From Candidatus Marinacidobacterales bacterium (GTDB lineage: Bacteria > Acidobacteriota > Vicinamibacteria > Marinacidobacterales > SMYC01): a DNA stretch of 64,000 bases. Shown piece after piece: positions 1 to 9,262 of this stretch; the stretch's first letter is position 1; each line of letters begins with the position of its first letter. The stretch covers positions 2,016,001 to 2,080,000 of the forward strand of contig CBDCYI010000005.1 of NCBI GenBank assembly GCA_965224085.1, read 5' to 3'. The position numbers and the translations under genes were made by a program. The notes under the pieces were generated by a model. The model made no database searches and had not been told where the DNA came from. It saw only the letters and a program-made list of their open reading frames with translations.

Positions 1-133
1 CGCGAGAGCGGGCGGCGCAAGCGACGTCCGCCCCGGCCTCCGCGAGCGCGAGCGCGGATTCGCGCCCGAGCCCCTTGCTGGCACCGATCACCAGAGCGAC
101 CTTGCCGGAAAGGTCGTACCAGGCGCGGGTCAT
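1..133 (-). CDS. SDR family oxidoreductase, 5' part (runs off window start)
   Basis: Manual translation from ATG at 133: MTRAWYDLSGKVALVIGASKGLGRESALALAEAGADVACAARSR; Rossmann GxxxGxG motif typical of SDRs. Not in ORF track. Confidence 0.85.
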   Translation of the reverse strand, partial: MTRAWYDLSGKVALVIGASKGLGRESALALAEAGADVACAARSR

Positions 134-148
134 TTCGTGCCTCAGTGC

Positions 149-247
149 GCGCTCACTCCTCGTTCCCGCCTTCGCCAAGGCTTCGGCGGGTCCGCCCGAA
201 GTTCTCGAGCCATTGGCGTACAACGAAGGCGGACGCGCGCTTGGCGC
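149..247. repeat. Intergenic REP/MITE-like repeat with a nested palindromic insert
   Basis: Insert 166-232 is bounded by the perfect 9-bp inverted repeat ccgccttcg/cgaaggcgg; the joined flanks match the reverse complement of 11103-11132. Confidence 0.6.
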
Positions 248-333
248 TCCCGTCCTCGGCCCATTCGGGCCGGTCTCGCGGCAGACGCGTTGGTGGCTGC
301 TCGGCACGGCGGCCTGCGTTTTTTAGCACCCTG

Positions 334-1722
334 CTATGCCTCGTCGTCCTTACTCTCCGGGGCGAGACGCGGTAGCAGATCCAGTGTATACGATCCTTTC
401 CGGAAAGCATCGTCCTTGAGCACGCGCTTCAGGAAGGGAGCAGTCGTGTGGATCGGGCCGATCACGAGCTCGGACAGTGCGCTCCGCATGGTATCGATCG
501 CCTCCTCGCGCGTCGCTCCGTGCGTAATCACCTTGGCCAGCAACGAATCATAGTAGAACGGCACCGCGTAGCCTTCGAACACATGCGTGTCGAATCGCAC
601 CGATGGACCCGCGGGAGATCTGAACGTCTCGATCGTTCCCGGTTGGGGGAGGAAACCGTCGTCCGGATCTTCCGCGTTGATACGGCACTCGATGGCATGA
701 CCTCGAAACGCGATGTCGCTCTGGCTCAATGACAGCTCGCCGGTTGCCGCTTCCTCGACCTGCGCCCGCACCAGGTCGACGCCGGTGATGGCTTCGGTGA
801 CCGGATGTTCCACCTGAATGCGAGCGTTCACCTCCAGGAAATAGAATCGATTGTCCGCGTCGACCAGGAACTCGACCGTCCCCGCGCTCCGGTAGCGCGT
901 CGCCTCCACGATGGTCAAGGCCGCTTCGTGAAGCTGGCGCGCGAGCTCGCGCGGAAGCGCGGGCGACGGCGCTTCCTCGAGCAGCTTCTGGTGACGGCGC
1001 TGGAGAGAGCAGTTGCGTTCTCCCAGATGAACCGCCTTTCCCTTCGAATCACAGAGGACCTGAACCTCGATATGTCGGGCCCCCTCGATGCGTCGTTCCA
1101 GATACAACGTGGGGTCACCGAACGAGGCGCGCGCTTCTGCCTGCGCGAGTGGGAAAGCTTCGACGAGGGCGTCCTCATCGGCGATCGGACGAATGCCCTT
1201 TCCGCCGCCGCCGGCCGCCGCCTTGAGCATCGCCGGGTAACCGATCGAGGCGGCGAGACGACGAGCGACGGAAAGCTCGCGCAGAGGCTGGTTCGAGCCC
1301 GGGATGACCGGGACGCCGGCGCTCTCAACGCTCCGCCGCGCTTGCAGCTTGTTACCCGCCAAACGCAGGCTCTCCGGACTGGGACCAATGAAAGTGAGCC
1401 CCGCCGTCGCGCAGGCCTCGGCGAAGCTTGCGTTCTCGGAGAGAAAGCCGTATCCGGGATGGATCGCGCTCGCGCCGGTTTGCCCGGCGGCCGCGAGAAC
1501 GGACTCGACGTTCAAGTAGCTCTGTGCAGGAGCGGGTGGCCCGATCAGGACCGCTTCGTCCGCGAGCCGCGCCGGAAGGGCCTCGACATCCGCTTCCGAG
1601 TAGACGGCCACGCTCTCGATCCCCATTTCCTTCAGCGTCCGGAGAATGCGAACCGCGATCTCACCACGGTTGGCGACGAGAACTTTTTCGAACATCGCGA
1701 CGCCGAACCCCGGGACGCTCAT
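334..1722 (-). CDS. accC: Biotin carboxylase (AccC-like)
   Basis: KVLVANRGEIAVR, IHPGYGFLSENA, KAAAGGGGKG, ERNCSLQRRHQK, FLEVNARIQVEHPVTE, YYDSLLAK motifs; ATGA overlap with the upstream gene (alternative start 1695). Confidence 0.93.
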   Translation of the reverse strand: MSVPGFGVAMFEKVLVANRGEIAVRILRTLKEMGIESVAVYSEADVEALPARLADEAVLIGPPAPAQSYLNVESVLAAAGQTGASAIHPGYGFLSENASFAEACATAGLTFIGPSPESLRLAGNKLQARRSVESAGVPVIPGSNQPLRELSVARRLAASIGYPAMLKAAAGGGGKGIRPIADEDALVEAFPLAQAEARASFGDPTLYLERRIEGARHIEVQVLCDSKGKAVHLGERNCSLQRRHQKLLEEAPSPALPRELARQLHEAALTIVEATRYRSAGTVEFLVDADNRFYFLEVNARIQVEHPVTEAITGVDLVRAQVEEAATGELSLSQSDIAFRGHAIECRINAEDPDDGFLPQPGTIETFRSPAGPSVRFDTHVFEGYAVPFYYDSLLAKVITHGATREEAIDTMRSALSELVIGPIHTTAPFLKRVLKDDAFRKGSYTLDLLPRLAPESKDDEA

Positions 1723-1976
1723 GATGCAGCACGAATCGAGAAGAGCGTTTGTCCGACGAGAACCGTCTCTCCGTTGACGCCCAGGATCTCGACCACTTCG
1801 CCGGCCACCGGGGCCTTGATCTTGGAATAGAGCTTCATCGACTCGAGCAGGGCCAACGTGTGACCCTCGTCGACCTGAGAGCCGACCTGGACGAACGGCT
1901 CTGCCTCCGGGTCAGTGCTTCGGTAGAAGACTCCCGATAGTCTCGCCTTGATCTCAACAAGGCCGGTTTCGGACAA
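1719..1976 (-). CDS. accB: Stand-alone biotin carboxyl carrier protein (biotinyl domain only, 85 aa)
   Basis: GVFYRS..PEAEPFVQVGSQV and ESMK biotinylation motif; TTG start. Confidence 0.85.
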   Translation of the reverse strand: MSETGLVEIKARLSGVFYRSTDPEAEPFVQVGSQVDEGHTLALLESMKLYSKIKAPVAGEVVEILGVNGETVLVGQTLFSIRAAS

Positions 1977-2005
1977 CTTCTGCTTCCATCGCGATATTCA
2001 ACTGA

Positions 2006-2034
2006 ACAGTAACGATCTCGAAGGGCTGTGTCAA
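2006..2034 (-). promoter_or_regulatory. Sigma70-type promoter for accB-accC-SDR
   Basis: TTGACA-N17-TACTGT on the minus strand. Confidence 0.6.
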
Positions 2035-2074
2035 TCTCAAGTGCTTCCAAAATGAGGACTAACGAGCCTTCTCG

Positions 2075-2094
2075 TTTTGACTCACGCGTCAAAA
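2075..2094. promoter_or_regulatory. Palindromic putative operator between divergent promoters
   Basis: TTTTGAC-N6-GTCAAAA with perfect 7-bp arms. Confidence 0.5.
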
Positions 2095-2099
2095 ATCCG

Positions 2100-2128
2100 T
2101 TGACTTTCCGGTGGGAGCCGTCTACCAT
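2100..2128 (+). promoter_or_regulatory. Sigma70-type promoter for the DUF885/GGT operon
   Basis: TTGACT-N17-TACCAT. Confidence 0.65.
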
Positions 2129-2148
2129 CCTCCTCCAGCGGACCCTCC

Positions 2149-3939
2149 TTGTCTGTCCGCCGATTGTCCTCCCCAGCCAGGAGGGCAGTGGCTCGCGAGC
2201 GCGAGGTGGCCCATTTGTCGAGTTTCCCAAGCGCGGGTTTCACGGTGGCGGTGGCGCTTCTCGCGCCGTCGCCGGCCGGCGCGACTGAGCACCCGGCCGC
2301 GCTTCTGGCCATCGTCGAAGAGTTGCGAGCGCTCCGCGTGCCGGACGAGATCGACGGCGTCCCCGACTACTCGGCCGCGGCGGTGGATCGCCAGAAGCGC
2401 GCTTTGAGAACGCTCGCTCAGCGATTCGACCGACTCGCCCCGGAGGGCTGGACACGGCACGACCGGGTGGACTATCTGCTCCTGCGCTCCGAGCTGGACC
2501 GTCTGGAGTACGTGCTCTACGTGGAGCGTCCGACGTCGCGGAACCCGAATTTCTACCTGTCATCGATCTCTTCGGCGGGAATGCTGAGCGGCGCCGCGCT
2601 GAGCCGGCTCGGACGGCTGGTCAGTCAGCCCCCGCCGTTCGATCCTGGAAGAACCGAGCGCATCCTCGAGCAGATGCGTTCGGTGCCGCCCCTGCTCACC
2701 GCCGCTCGGGCGAACCTCACCGAGGCCGACGCCCCGCGGGCCGAGTGGGCGCTCGAAACGCTGAAAGGCACCCTCGCAGGTAGCCGGCGGTTCGCCCAAG
2801 CCCTCGCACCGCATGTTCCGAAAGAGCTAAGAGGGGAGATCTCTGTCGCGGCCGAGCGCATGGGTGAAGCGTTCGACGGGTACGAGAGGTGGCTTCGCGA
2901 CAACCTGGACCAAATGGGAGAGCCGCGGCCGGCGGGCCGGAAACTCTATGACTGGATCCTGCGAAACGTTTGGCTTCTTCCCTACGACGCGGAGGACATC
3001 CTCCGGATGGGCGAGCAGGAGCTAGCGAGGCTCCAGGCGTTTACCGCGTTCGAAGAGAAGCGCAACGAGGGGCAGCCGAAGCTCGTCGCGGCAGTGACAA
3101 CCCGCGAGTACGCGACCAGAACGGAGCAAGAGGCAAGGCGCATCCGGGCGTTTCTGAAGGAAAAGGACGCCATCACGATTCCGTCACTGGTAGGTCCCTA
3201 CCGTCGTACCGTCATGCCGGACTACCTCCAAGCCTTTGCGCTGTGGAACGCCCTCAGTGGCTATCGCACCGGCGACGGCGGTGCCGTCAAGTATGCCGTG
3301 CCCGAAACGCACCCTTTCCAGAGCACCTACTGGGAAGCGATCATGCGCACCGACCCCGCCACGAACATCTTCCACGACGGCATTCCGGGTCATCACTTTC
3401 AAGGCCTGCTGGCGGCGGAGAATCCGTGTCCGGTGCGTCGCGGGCACAACGAGCGCTTCAAGAGCGAAGGGTGGGCCACCTACTGGGAAGAGGCCGCGGT
3501 GCAGCTCGGCTACTACGACGACCGGCCCAGGAGTCGCGAGCTGATCTACAGCTATCTCCGCCTGCGTGCGTTGCGCGTCATCGTGGACGTGAAGATGGCG
3601 CTGGGGGAGATGACGAAGGAGGAGGCGGTGGCGACGTTGATGTCGACGCCGATGGATCGGCGCATCGCGCGGGAGGAAGTCGACGATTTCTTCGCCGCCC
3701 CGACTGGCGGCATCGTCTACCTGATCGGCAAGCTTCAGATCGAATCCCTGCTTTCTAAACGCCGGCGACAGCTCGGCGACGACTTCCGTCTGCGCACGCT
3801 CCACGATGAGCTCATGACCGCCGGCTGGGTGCCTCTCGCGCTGACGGAATGGGAGATGACGGGAGAGTCGCGCGCGGTCCAGATCCTGTTCGAAGACCGT
3901 CGACCGCTACCGCGTTCGCAAAGTGGAGAGGGCTTCTGA
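2149..3939 (+). CDS. DUF885 family protein 1 (true start probably GTG 2188 or 2206)
   Basis: HDGIPGHHFQ, SEGWATYWEE, YLIGKLQI, FRLRTLHDELMTAGWVPL motifs; N-terminal hydrophobic stretch. Confidence 0.8.
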   Translation: MSVRRLSSPARRAVAREREVAHLSSFPSAGFTVAVALLAPSPAGATEHPAALLAIVEELRALRVPDEIDGVPDYSAAAVDRQKRALRTLAQRFDRLAPEGWTRHDRVDYLLLRSELDRLEYVLYVERPTSRNPNFYLSSISSAGMLSGAALSRLGRLVSQPPPFDPGRTERILEQMRSVPPLLTAARANLTEADAPRAEWALETLKGTLAGSRRFAQALAPHVPKELRGEISVAAERMGEAFDGYERWLRDNLDQMGEPRPAGRKLYDWILRNVWLLPYDAEDILRMGEQELARLQAFTAFEEKRNEGQPKLVAAVTTREYATRTEQEARRIRAFLKEKDAITIPSLVGPYRRTVMPDYLQAFALWNALSGYRTGDGGAVKYAVPETHPFQSTYWEAIMRTDPATNIFHDGIPGHHFQGLLAAENPCPVRRGHNERFKSEGWATYWEEAAVQLGYYDDRPRSRELIYSYLRLRALRVIVDVKMALGEMTKEEAVATLMSTPMDRRIAREEVDDFFAAPTGGIVYLIGKLQIESLLSKRRRQLGDDFRLRTLHDELMTAGWVPLALTEWEMTGESRAVQILFEDRRPLPRSQSGEGF

Positions 3940-3953
3940 TCGAAGGAGGATAG

Positions 3954-5717
3954 ATGATGAGGAACCTGAGATCGTTCGCAAGCCTAGGCATGCTCGTGCT
4001 CCCTGCAGTGTGGCTGGCAATGACGGAGGCGCGCGCCCAGGAGAGCCAACCGGTCCGCCACGCATCCCCGGAGCTCATCCAGCTCGCCGAAGAGTTTCGC
4101 GCCTTCCGCAGCCCGTTGTTTCGGCCGCGAACCTGGACTCCTACCCATCGGGTGGCTGGCGTGCCGGACTACGCGACGGTGGTGCGAGAGCAGCGAGAAG
4201 GACTGACGCGATTTCAAGAGCGACTGCGGGCCCTCGACCACCGCAGCTGGCCGGTGCACGACCGCGTCGACTACCTGGTGCTTCGCTCGGAGATGGACGA
4301 CGTTTTCTTCGAGCAGCACGTGCTGCGCGAGGTCGAGACCAATCCCAGCTACTACGTCGAGCAGGCCATCAACGGGGTCGCGCGGGAGATGGGTGACGTC
4401 GTTGCTTACAGTACGCAGAAGGCGGAAGCGATCATCGCCGCCTTCGAGCGGACCGGTCCCATCCTCGAGCAGACCGCCGGCAATATCGTGCTGGCCGAAA
4501 CCGCACCCGCGTTCGGCCGGATGGGCATGCGTCACGTGAAGAACATTCGAGCGCAATATGCCGCGGGCGTTCAACTTCTCGAGCCCCACTTCCCCGCGGG
4601 GCGTCGCGCGAGGCTGAGCTCGGCGGCCGAGCAAGCCGCGATCGAGCTCGAGAAGTACGGCACGTGGATCGAAGCGAACCTTCCGCAGATGAAAGGCCAG
4701 GCGCACGTCGGCCGGAAGAACATGGAGTGGTACTTCGAGCGGGTGAACTTCTCGCCCTGGAACGTCGAGGAGCTCCTGTTTCTCGGTGAGATGGAAAAGA
4801 ACCGCTTCCTCATGTCCATCGAGGTCGAAGAGACCGTAAACCAGGGGCTCAAAGAGCTCACGATGCCGACCACCGACGAGATGATCGAGTGGTTCCGGCT
4901 CACGTATCTGCAGACGAAGTACTGGCTGAAGGACACGGATCTCATCAGCTTCCATCCCTACATCGGGGAGTCGTACCTTCAAGCAGGAGCCTGGCAGGAG
5001 CCTTTCGGCCGCCTCGGCAACCGACCGGGGCTCATCGGTTTTCCCACCGAGCCGAAGCCGGAGCCCACCAAGCGGCTGTTCGTGGTCCCTGAAGGCCACT
5101 GGTTCACCGAAACGTACTGGGAGCGCACGATGCGGCTCGATCCGATCACCGACTACCAGCACTCCGACTGGCCGGGTCACTACTTCGAGGCCGCAGTGAC
5201 CAAGCGAAACCCTTGTCCCGTTCGGGCCGTTCACAAGGACACCGGCTTCTCGCAGGGCTGGGCGCACTACTGGGAGGAGCTGTTCCTGGACATGGGCTAT
5301 CCCTACTTGCGGGGACCGCGGACGCGTGAGCTCACGTACAACTTCCTGTTGTTGCGGGCGGTGCGGATCCCGCTCGACATCTATTTGTCCACCGGCGAGC
5401 ACTCGGTGGACGAGGCGGTTCAGTATCAGGTCGACCGCGTTCCCACGATGGAAGAGCACATCTCCCGGGCGGAGGTGGATATGTACGTGCGCTGGCCCTA
5501 TCAGGCTACGAGCTACATCGTGGGGAAGAAACAGATCGAGCAGATGCTTGCGGAGACGATCGTGAAGGGAGACTACAGCGTGAACTGGCGTGAGTTCCAC
5601 GATGCCATGCTCCAGTACGGACAGATCCCGCTGGCTCTGGTCCGATGGGAGCTGACAGGGAACTCCGATCAGGTCGAGGAGTTCTGGAAGGATCCGGATC
5701 GGCCGTCCACCGAATAG
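3954..5717 (+). CDS. DUF885 family protein 2, secreted
   Basis: RBS AGGAGG; signal peptide ending ARA; HSDWPGHYFE, SQGWAHYWEE, FHDAMLQYGQIPL. Confidence 0.8.
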   Translation: MMRNLRSFASLGMLVLPAVWLAMTEARAQESQPVRHASPELIQLAEEFRAFRSPLFRPRTWTPTHRVAGVPDYATVVREQREGLTRFQERLRALDHRSWPVHDRVDYLVLRSEMDDVFFEQHVLREVETNPSYYVEQAINGVAREMGDVVAYSTQKAEAIIAAFERTGPILEQTAGNIVLAETAPAFGRMGMRHVKNIRAQYAAGVQLLEPHFPAGRRARLSSAAEQAAIELEKYGTWIEANLPQMKGQAHVGRKNMEWYFERVNFSPWNVEELLFLGEMEKNRFLMSIEVEETVNQGLKELTMPTTDEMIEWFRLTYLQTKYWLKDTDLISFHPYIGESYLQAGAWQEPFGRLGNRPGLIGFPTEPKPEPTKRLFVVPEGHWFTETYWERTMRLDPITDYQHSDWPGHYFEAAVTKRNPCPVRAVHKDTGFSQGWAHYWEELFLDMGYPYLRGPRTRELTYNFLLLRAVRIPLDIYLSTGEHSVDEAVQYQVDRVPTMEEHISRAEVDMYVRWPYQATSYIVGKKQIEQMLAETIVKGDYSVNWREFHDAMLQYGQIPLALVRWELTGNSDQVEEFWKDPDRPSTE

Positions 5718-5750
5718 TGGACGTCACCAGAAGAGAGAGCCGAGAGGCAA

Positions 5751-7091
5751 GTGACAAATAACAACGAAGCGTCAAGCAACGTCCGATGGCGCATCATCGC
5801 CCTTCTGGTGGGCTTCAGCCTGGTGAGCTACATCCTCCGGATGAATATCTCCATCGCCGCCCAGTTCATGATGCCGGAGCTCGACATCACCCAGATACAG
5901 ATGGGGCAGATCTTCAGCGCGTTTCTGCTCGGCTACGCGCTGTTTCAGATCCCGCTCGGTGTCCTCGGAGACCGTCTGGGCTCCGGAATGCTGGTGACTC
6001 TCGGCGTCGTGTGGGCGGTGCTGACGGTGATCTCGGGGCTCCTGCCCGGCGTTGTCTTCGGGACCGGGACGGCCGCTTTCGTTCTGCTCGTTGTCGTGCG
6101 ATTCGTGCTGGGTGTCACCATCGCTGGCGTCTACCCCATCTCGGCGCTCACCGTGGCGAAGTGGCAGCCCGTGACGCAAAGGGCTTTTTCGTACTCGTTC
6201 ATCGTGGCCGGGGTCTTCATTGGCTCGGCGGTCACGCCGCCGATCGTGGCCTGGCTCATGGTGACGCTCGGCTGGAGAGAATCTTTCTATCTCGTGTCCG
6301 TTTTCGGCGTTGCAGCCGCTCTCACCTGGAAGTTCTACGGTGCCAACCATCCACGGGAGCATCCGGACGTCAGCCCCGGCGAGCTCGCGCTCATCACCGA
6401 GGGGCGGGAGCCCGCGGTGGGACCTCCTCCCGTGGGAGCGGTGTGGTGGACACTTCGCAACCCCTCGGTTCTCTTCCTGAGCGCCAGCTATTTCCTCGCC
6501 GGCTACGTGCTCTACACCTTCATTTTCTGGTTCTTCACGTATCTGGTGGAAGAGCGCCAGTTCACCCTCCTCGAGGGCGGCGTCTACGCGAGCTTGCCGT
6601 TCATCGCGGCGGGCATTCTGTCACCCGTTGGTGGTGCCATCTGCGACTGGTCGACGATGCGCTTCGGTCAGCGGTGGGGCCGACGACTCACCGCCTTCGC
6701 AGGACCGATTCTGGCCGGCGCACTGCTTTTCTGGGGAGCGCGAACCGAGAACGTGATTCTGGCCATCTGCGCGCTGGCGCTGAGCTTCGGTTTTCAAGAG
6801 TTCGCCGAAGCGGCCTATTGGTCGACCACCATGGATATCAGCGGCCGGATGACCGGCGCCGCGACGGGAATCCTGAACACGGCCAACAATCTCGGGGGCG
6901 TGGTCTCCACGGCGTTGATGCCGGTTCTGGTCCAGAAATGGGGGTGGGTTCCGGCCCTGGACAGTTGCAGCCTGCTGGCTGTTGTCTCGGCGGTGCTCTG
7001 GCTCGGCGTCCGTCCGGATCAGCCGATCGAAGTGCGGCAAGCGAACAGCGCGCAGGAGGTCGATGCCAGCTCGGCGGCTTCGCTTCCTTGA
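5751..7091 (+). CDS. MFS transporter, anion:cation symporter (glucarate/galactonate-like) family
   Basis: RWRII..SYILRMNISIA, YALFQIPLG, about 12 hydrophobic segments, GILNTANNLGG. Confidence 0.85.
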   Translation: MTNNNEASSNVRWRIIALLVGFSLVSYILRMNISIAAQFMMPELDITQIQMGQIFSAFLLGYALFQIPLGVLGDRLGSGMLVTLGVVWAVLTVISGLLPGVVFGTGTAAFVLLVVVRFVLGVTIAGVYPISALTVAKWQPVTQRAFSYSFIVAGVFIGSAVTPPIVAWLMVTLGWRESFYLVSVFGVAAALTWKFYGANHPREHPDVSPGELALITEGREPAVGPPPVGAVWWTLRNPSVLFLSASYFLAGYVLYTFIFWFFTYLVEERQFTLLEGGVYASLPFIAAGILSPVGGAICDWSTMRFGQRWGRRLTAFAGPILAGALLFWGARTENVILAICALALSFGFQEFAEAAYWSTTMDISGRMTGAATGILNTANNLGGVVSTALMPVLVQKWGWVPALDSCSLLAVVSAVLWLGVRPDQPIEVRQANSAQEVDASSAASLP

Positions 7092-7108
7092 GCCGGACGG
7101 AAACCACT

Positions 7109-7612
7109 ATGGAAAAAGAATACTTCGAAGACTACACGGTGGGCGAGACGTTCGTCAGCCCGGCCCGCACGGTGACCGAATCGGACACCAACGCTTTCGC
7201 GATGCTGACCGGAGACTGGCATCCTTTGCACACCGACGTGACCTACGCGGAGAGCTCGGTGTTCGGCGAGCGCATCGCGCACGGGATGCTCACGTTGATC
7301 CTCGGCTCCACACTGGTCCTACGCCTCGGACCCCACGTTTACCTGCCGAAGAGCTTCATCGCTTTTTATGGCATCGACCGGGTGCGTTTCACGGCCCCGG
7401 TAAAGATCGGGGACACCATCCACGCCGTGAACCGCGTCAAAGATCTCGCTCCCAAGGACGAGGAGCGAGGAATCCTCCACTACGACGGCACGGTCCAGAA
7501 CCAGCGCGATGAAACGGTTCTCGTCTGGGAGGTCCGCATGCTGGTGGGCTGTCGCCCCGGGCAAACCGGGAGGGAGGAACAGGCCGCTGTCGAAGTGGAT
7601 TCTCGTTCGTGA
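7109..7612 (+). CDS. MaoC-family (hotdog fold) dehydratase
   Basis: C-terminal part of ORF 5786..7612 from ATG 7109: YFEDYTVGE, FAMLTGDWHPLH, IAHGML, RFTAPVKIGDT. Confidence 0.88.
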   Translation: MEKEYFEDYTVGETFVSPARTVTESDTNAFAMLTGDWHPLHTDVTYAESSVFGERIAHGMLTLILGSTLVLRLGPHVYLPKSFIAFYGIDRVRFTAPVKIGDTIHAVNRVKDLAPKDEERGILHYDGTVQNQRDETVLVWEVRMLVGCRPGQTGREEQAAVEVDSRS

Positions 7613-7625
7613 GGAGGGAATTTTT

Positions 7626-9248
7626 ATGAAGAAGAAGAAACTGTGTCTTGCTGTCGCCACCGTTGTTCTCCTGGCTTCCGTCGCTTGTGGTCTGAGCAGC
7701 GGTGCCGGTGACTACCAGGCCCTCGTCGATCTCAACGACGAGTTTCTCGAGTTCCGCCGGCCGGCGATGACCAACGGCCTGCCAGACTACCGCAACGAAA
7801 CGATCGAGAGCCAGCGCGCGGGCCTGGAAAGCTTCGCCCAGCGGCTCCAGGCCATCGATCCGACGTCGTGGCCGGTGTCTCAGCAGGTGGACTACCTGCT
7901 CGTGCGGGCGCAGATCAATCGACTCGATTTCGATCATCGAGCGCGACGACGCTGGTCTCGTGATCCGGGCCTGTACGTCGACACCGTGCAGCGGCTGGCG
8001 TTCCATGAGTTTCCGCTCGAAGGGGAAAAGCTCGCCGAGCTGGAGACGCAGCTGGGCGGCGTTCCCGCTTTCCTGGCGCAGGCCGAAGACAACCTCACCG
8101 ACGGTGCGGGTGAGCTGACGATGCTCGCCCTCCGCAATCTCGTGACGGCCGACGGTGTGGGGCATGGCCATCCTTATCGGGAAGTGCCTCCCGCCGGCAC
8201 CATCGCCTGGTACGAGGATCTGGGTGAACAGCTCGAAAAGCACCACTCGGAGCTCGCCCCGAAAGCGAAAGAGGCGAAGGCGGCAGTCGAAGGATTCCAC
8301 CACTGGCTCAAAGCGAATCAAGGCCGGATGACCGCGCCTTCCGGAGTCGGCCGGGAGAACTACGACTGGTACCTTAAGTACGTAGCCATGATGCCCTTCA
8401 CGTGGGACGACGTGAACCGAATGGGCGATCGCGAGCTCCATCGGTCCTGGACCTTCCTGGAACTCGAAAGAAACAAGAACCGGAATCTGCCTCCGCTCGA
8501 GCCGGCGAAGAGTGCCGAGGACTACGCCCAGCGTATTCGCGAAGCGGATGAGCATATTCGGAAGTTCATCGTGGACATGGGCATCATCACCATCCCCGAC
8601 TACGTTGGCGACTTCGGCAGCAACGTTCCCTGGATCGTGCGCGAGGGCGGCAAGCGCAACTTCTGGGAGGAGGTCCAGTACCGCGATCCGCGGCCGGATC
8701 ACGTTCACGCCGTCATTCCAGGACATCGTTTCGACGGGCTGGTGAGAAGCCACGACGACCGGCCCGTTCGGGGTACGTACCGGGACAGAGGTCGTTCCGA
8801 GGGCTGGGGGTTTTATCTCGAGGAGATGATGCTGCAGGCGGGGCTTCTGGACGAGCGACCACGCACCCGGGAGCTCTATTACATCTTCCAGATTGCGCGT
8901 GCGGTTCGAAACCGCGCGGAAGCCCTGATGCATACCAACGACTTCACCGTCCAGGAAGCGGTGGACTACATGGTGGACAACACGCCCTTCATGGACGAAG
9001 ACGTGGCCCGGGTGGACGCCGAGATCTATCTGAAGACGCCGGGCTCGGGGATCGCCTATCAGATGGGGAAGCTTCAGATCGACGAGCTCATGATGGATCG
9101 CGCGCTTCAGCTGGGTGACAAGTTCAACTTGAAGGAGTTCCACGATGCGTTCATGGCGGCGGGAACGATCCCGATCTCGCTCATCCGTTGGGAAATGACC
9201 GGTTACGACGACGAGGTCAAGGACTTGTTCGAGAAGCCCGAAACATGA
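7626..9248 (+). CDS. DUF885 family protein 3, probable lipoprotein
   Basis: RBS GAGGAGG; MKKKKLCL..LLASVAC signal; VHAVIPGHRFD, SEGWGFYLEE, FNLKEFHD. Confidence 0.8.
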   Translation: MKKKKLCLAVATVVLLASVACGLSSGAGDYQALVDLNDEFLEFRRPAMTNGLPDYRNETIESQRAGLESFAQRLQAIDPTSWPVSQQVDYLLVRAQINRLDFDHRARRRWSRDPGLYVDTVQRLAFHEFPLEGEKLAELETQLGGVPAFLAQAEDNLTDGAGELTMLALRNLVTADGVGHGHPYREVPPAGTIAWYEDLGEQLEKHHSELAPKAKEAKAAVEGFHHWLKANQGRMTAPSGVGRENYDWYLKYVAMMPFTWDDVNRMGDRELHRSWTFLELERNKNRNLPPLEPAKSAEDYAQRIREADEHIRKFIVDMGIITIPDYVGDFGSNVPWIVREGGKRNFWEEVQYRDPRPDHVHAVIPGHRFDGLVRSHDDRPVRGTYRDRGRSEGWGFYLEEMMLQAGLLDERPRTRELYYIFQIARAVRNRAEALMHTNDFTVQEAVDYMVDNTPFMDEDVARVDAEIYLKTPGSGIAYQMGKLQIDELMMDRALQLGDKFNLKEFHDAFMAAGTIPISLIRWEMTGYDDEVKDLFEKPET

Positions 9249-9262
9249 GGCAGGAGGTCAAG

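Noticed and set aside
5786-7108. Apparent 608-aa fusion upstream of the MaoC domain
   Set aside because: The N-terminal part is an off-frame overlap of the MFS gene; the real start is ATG 7109.
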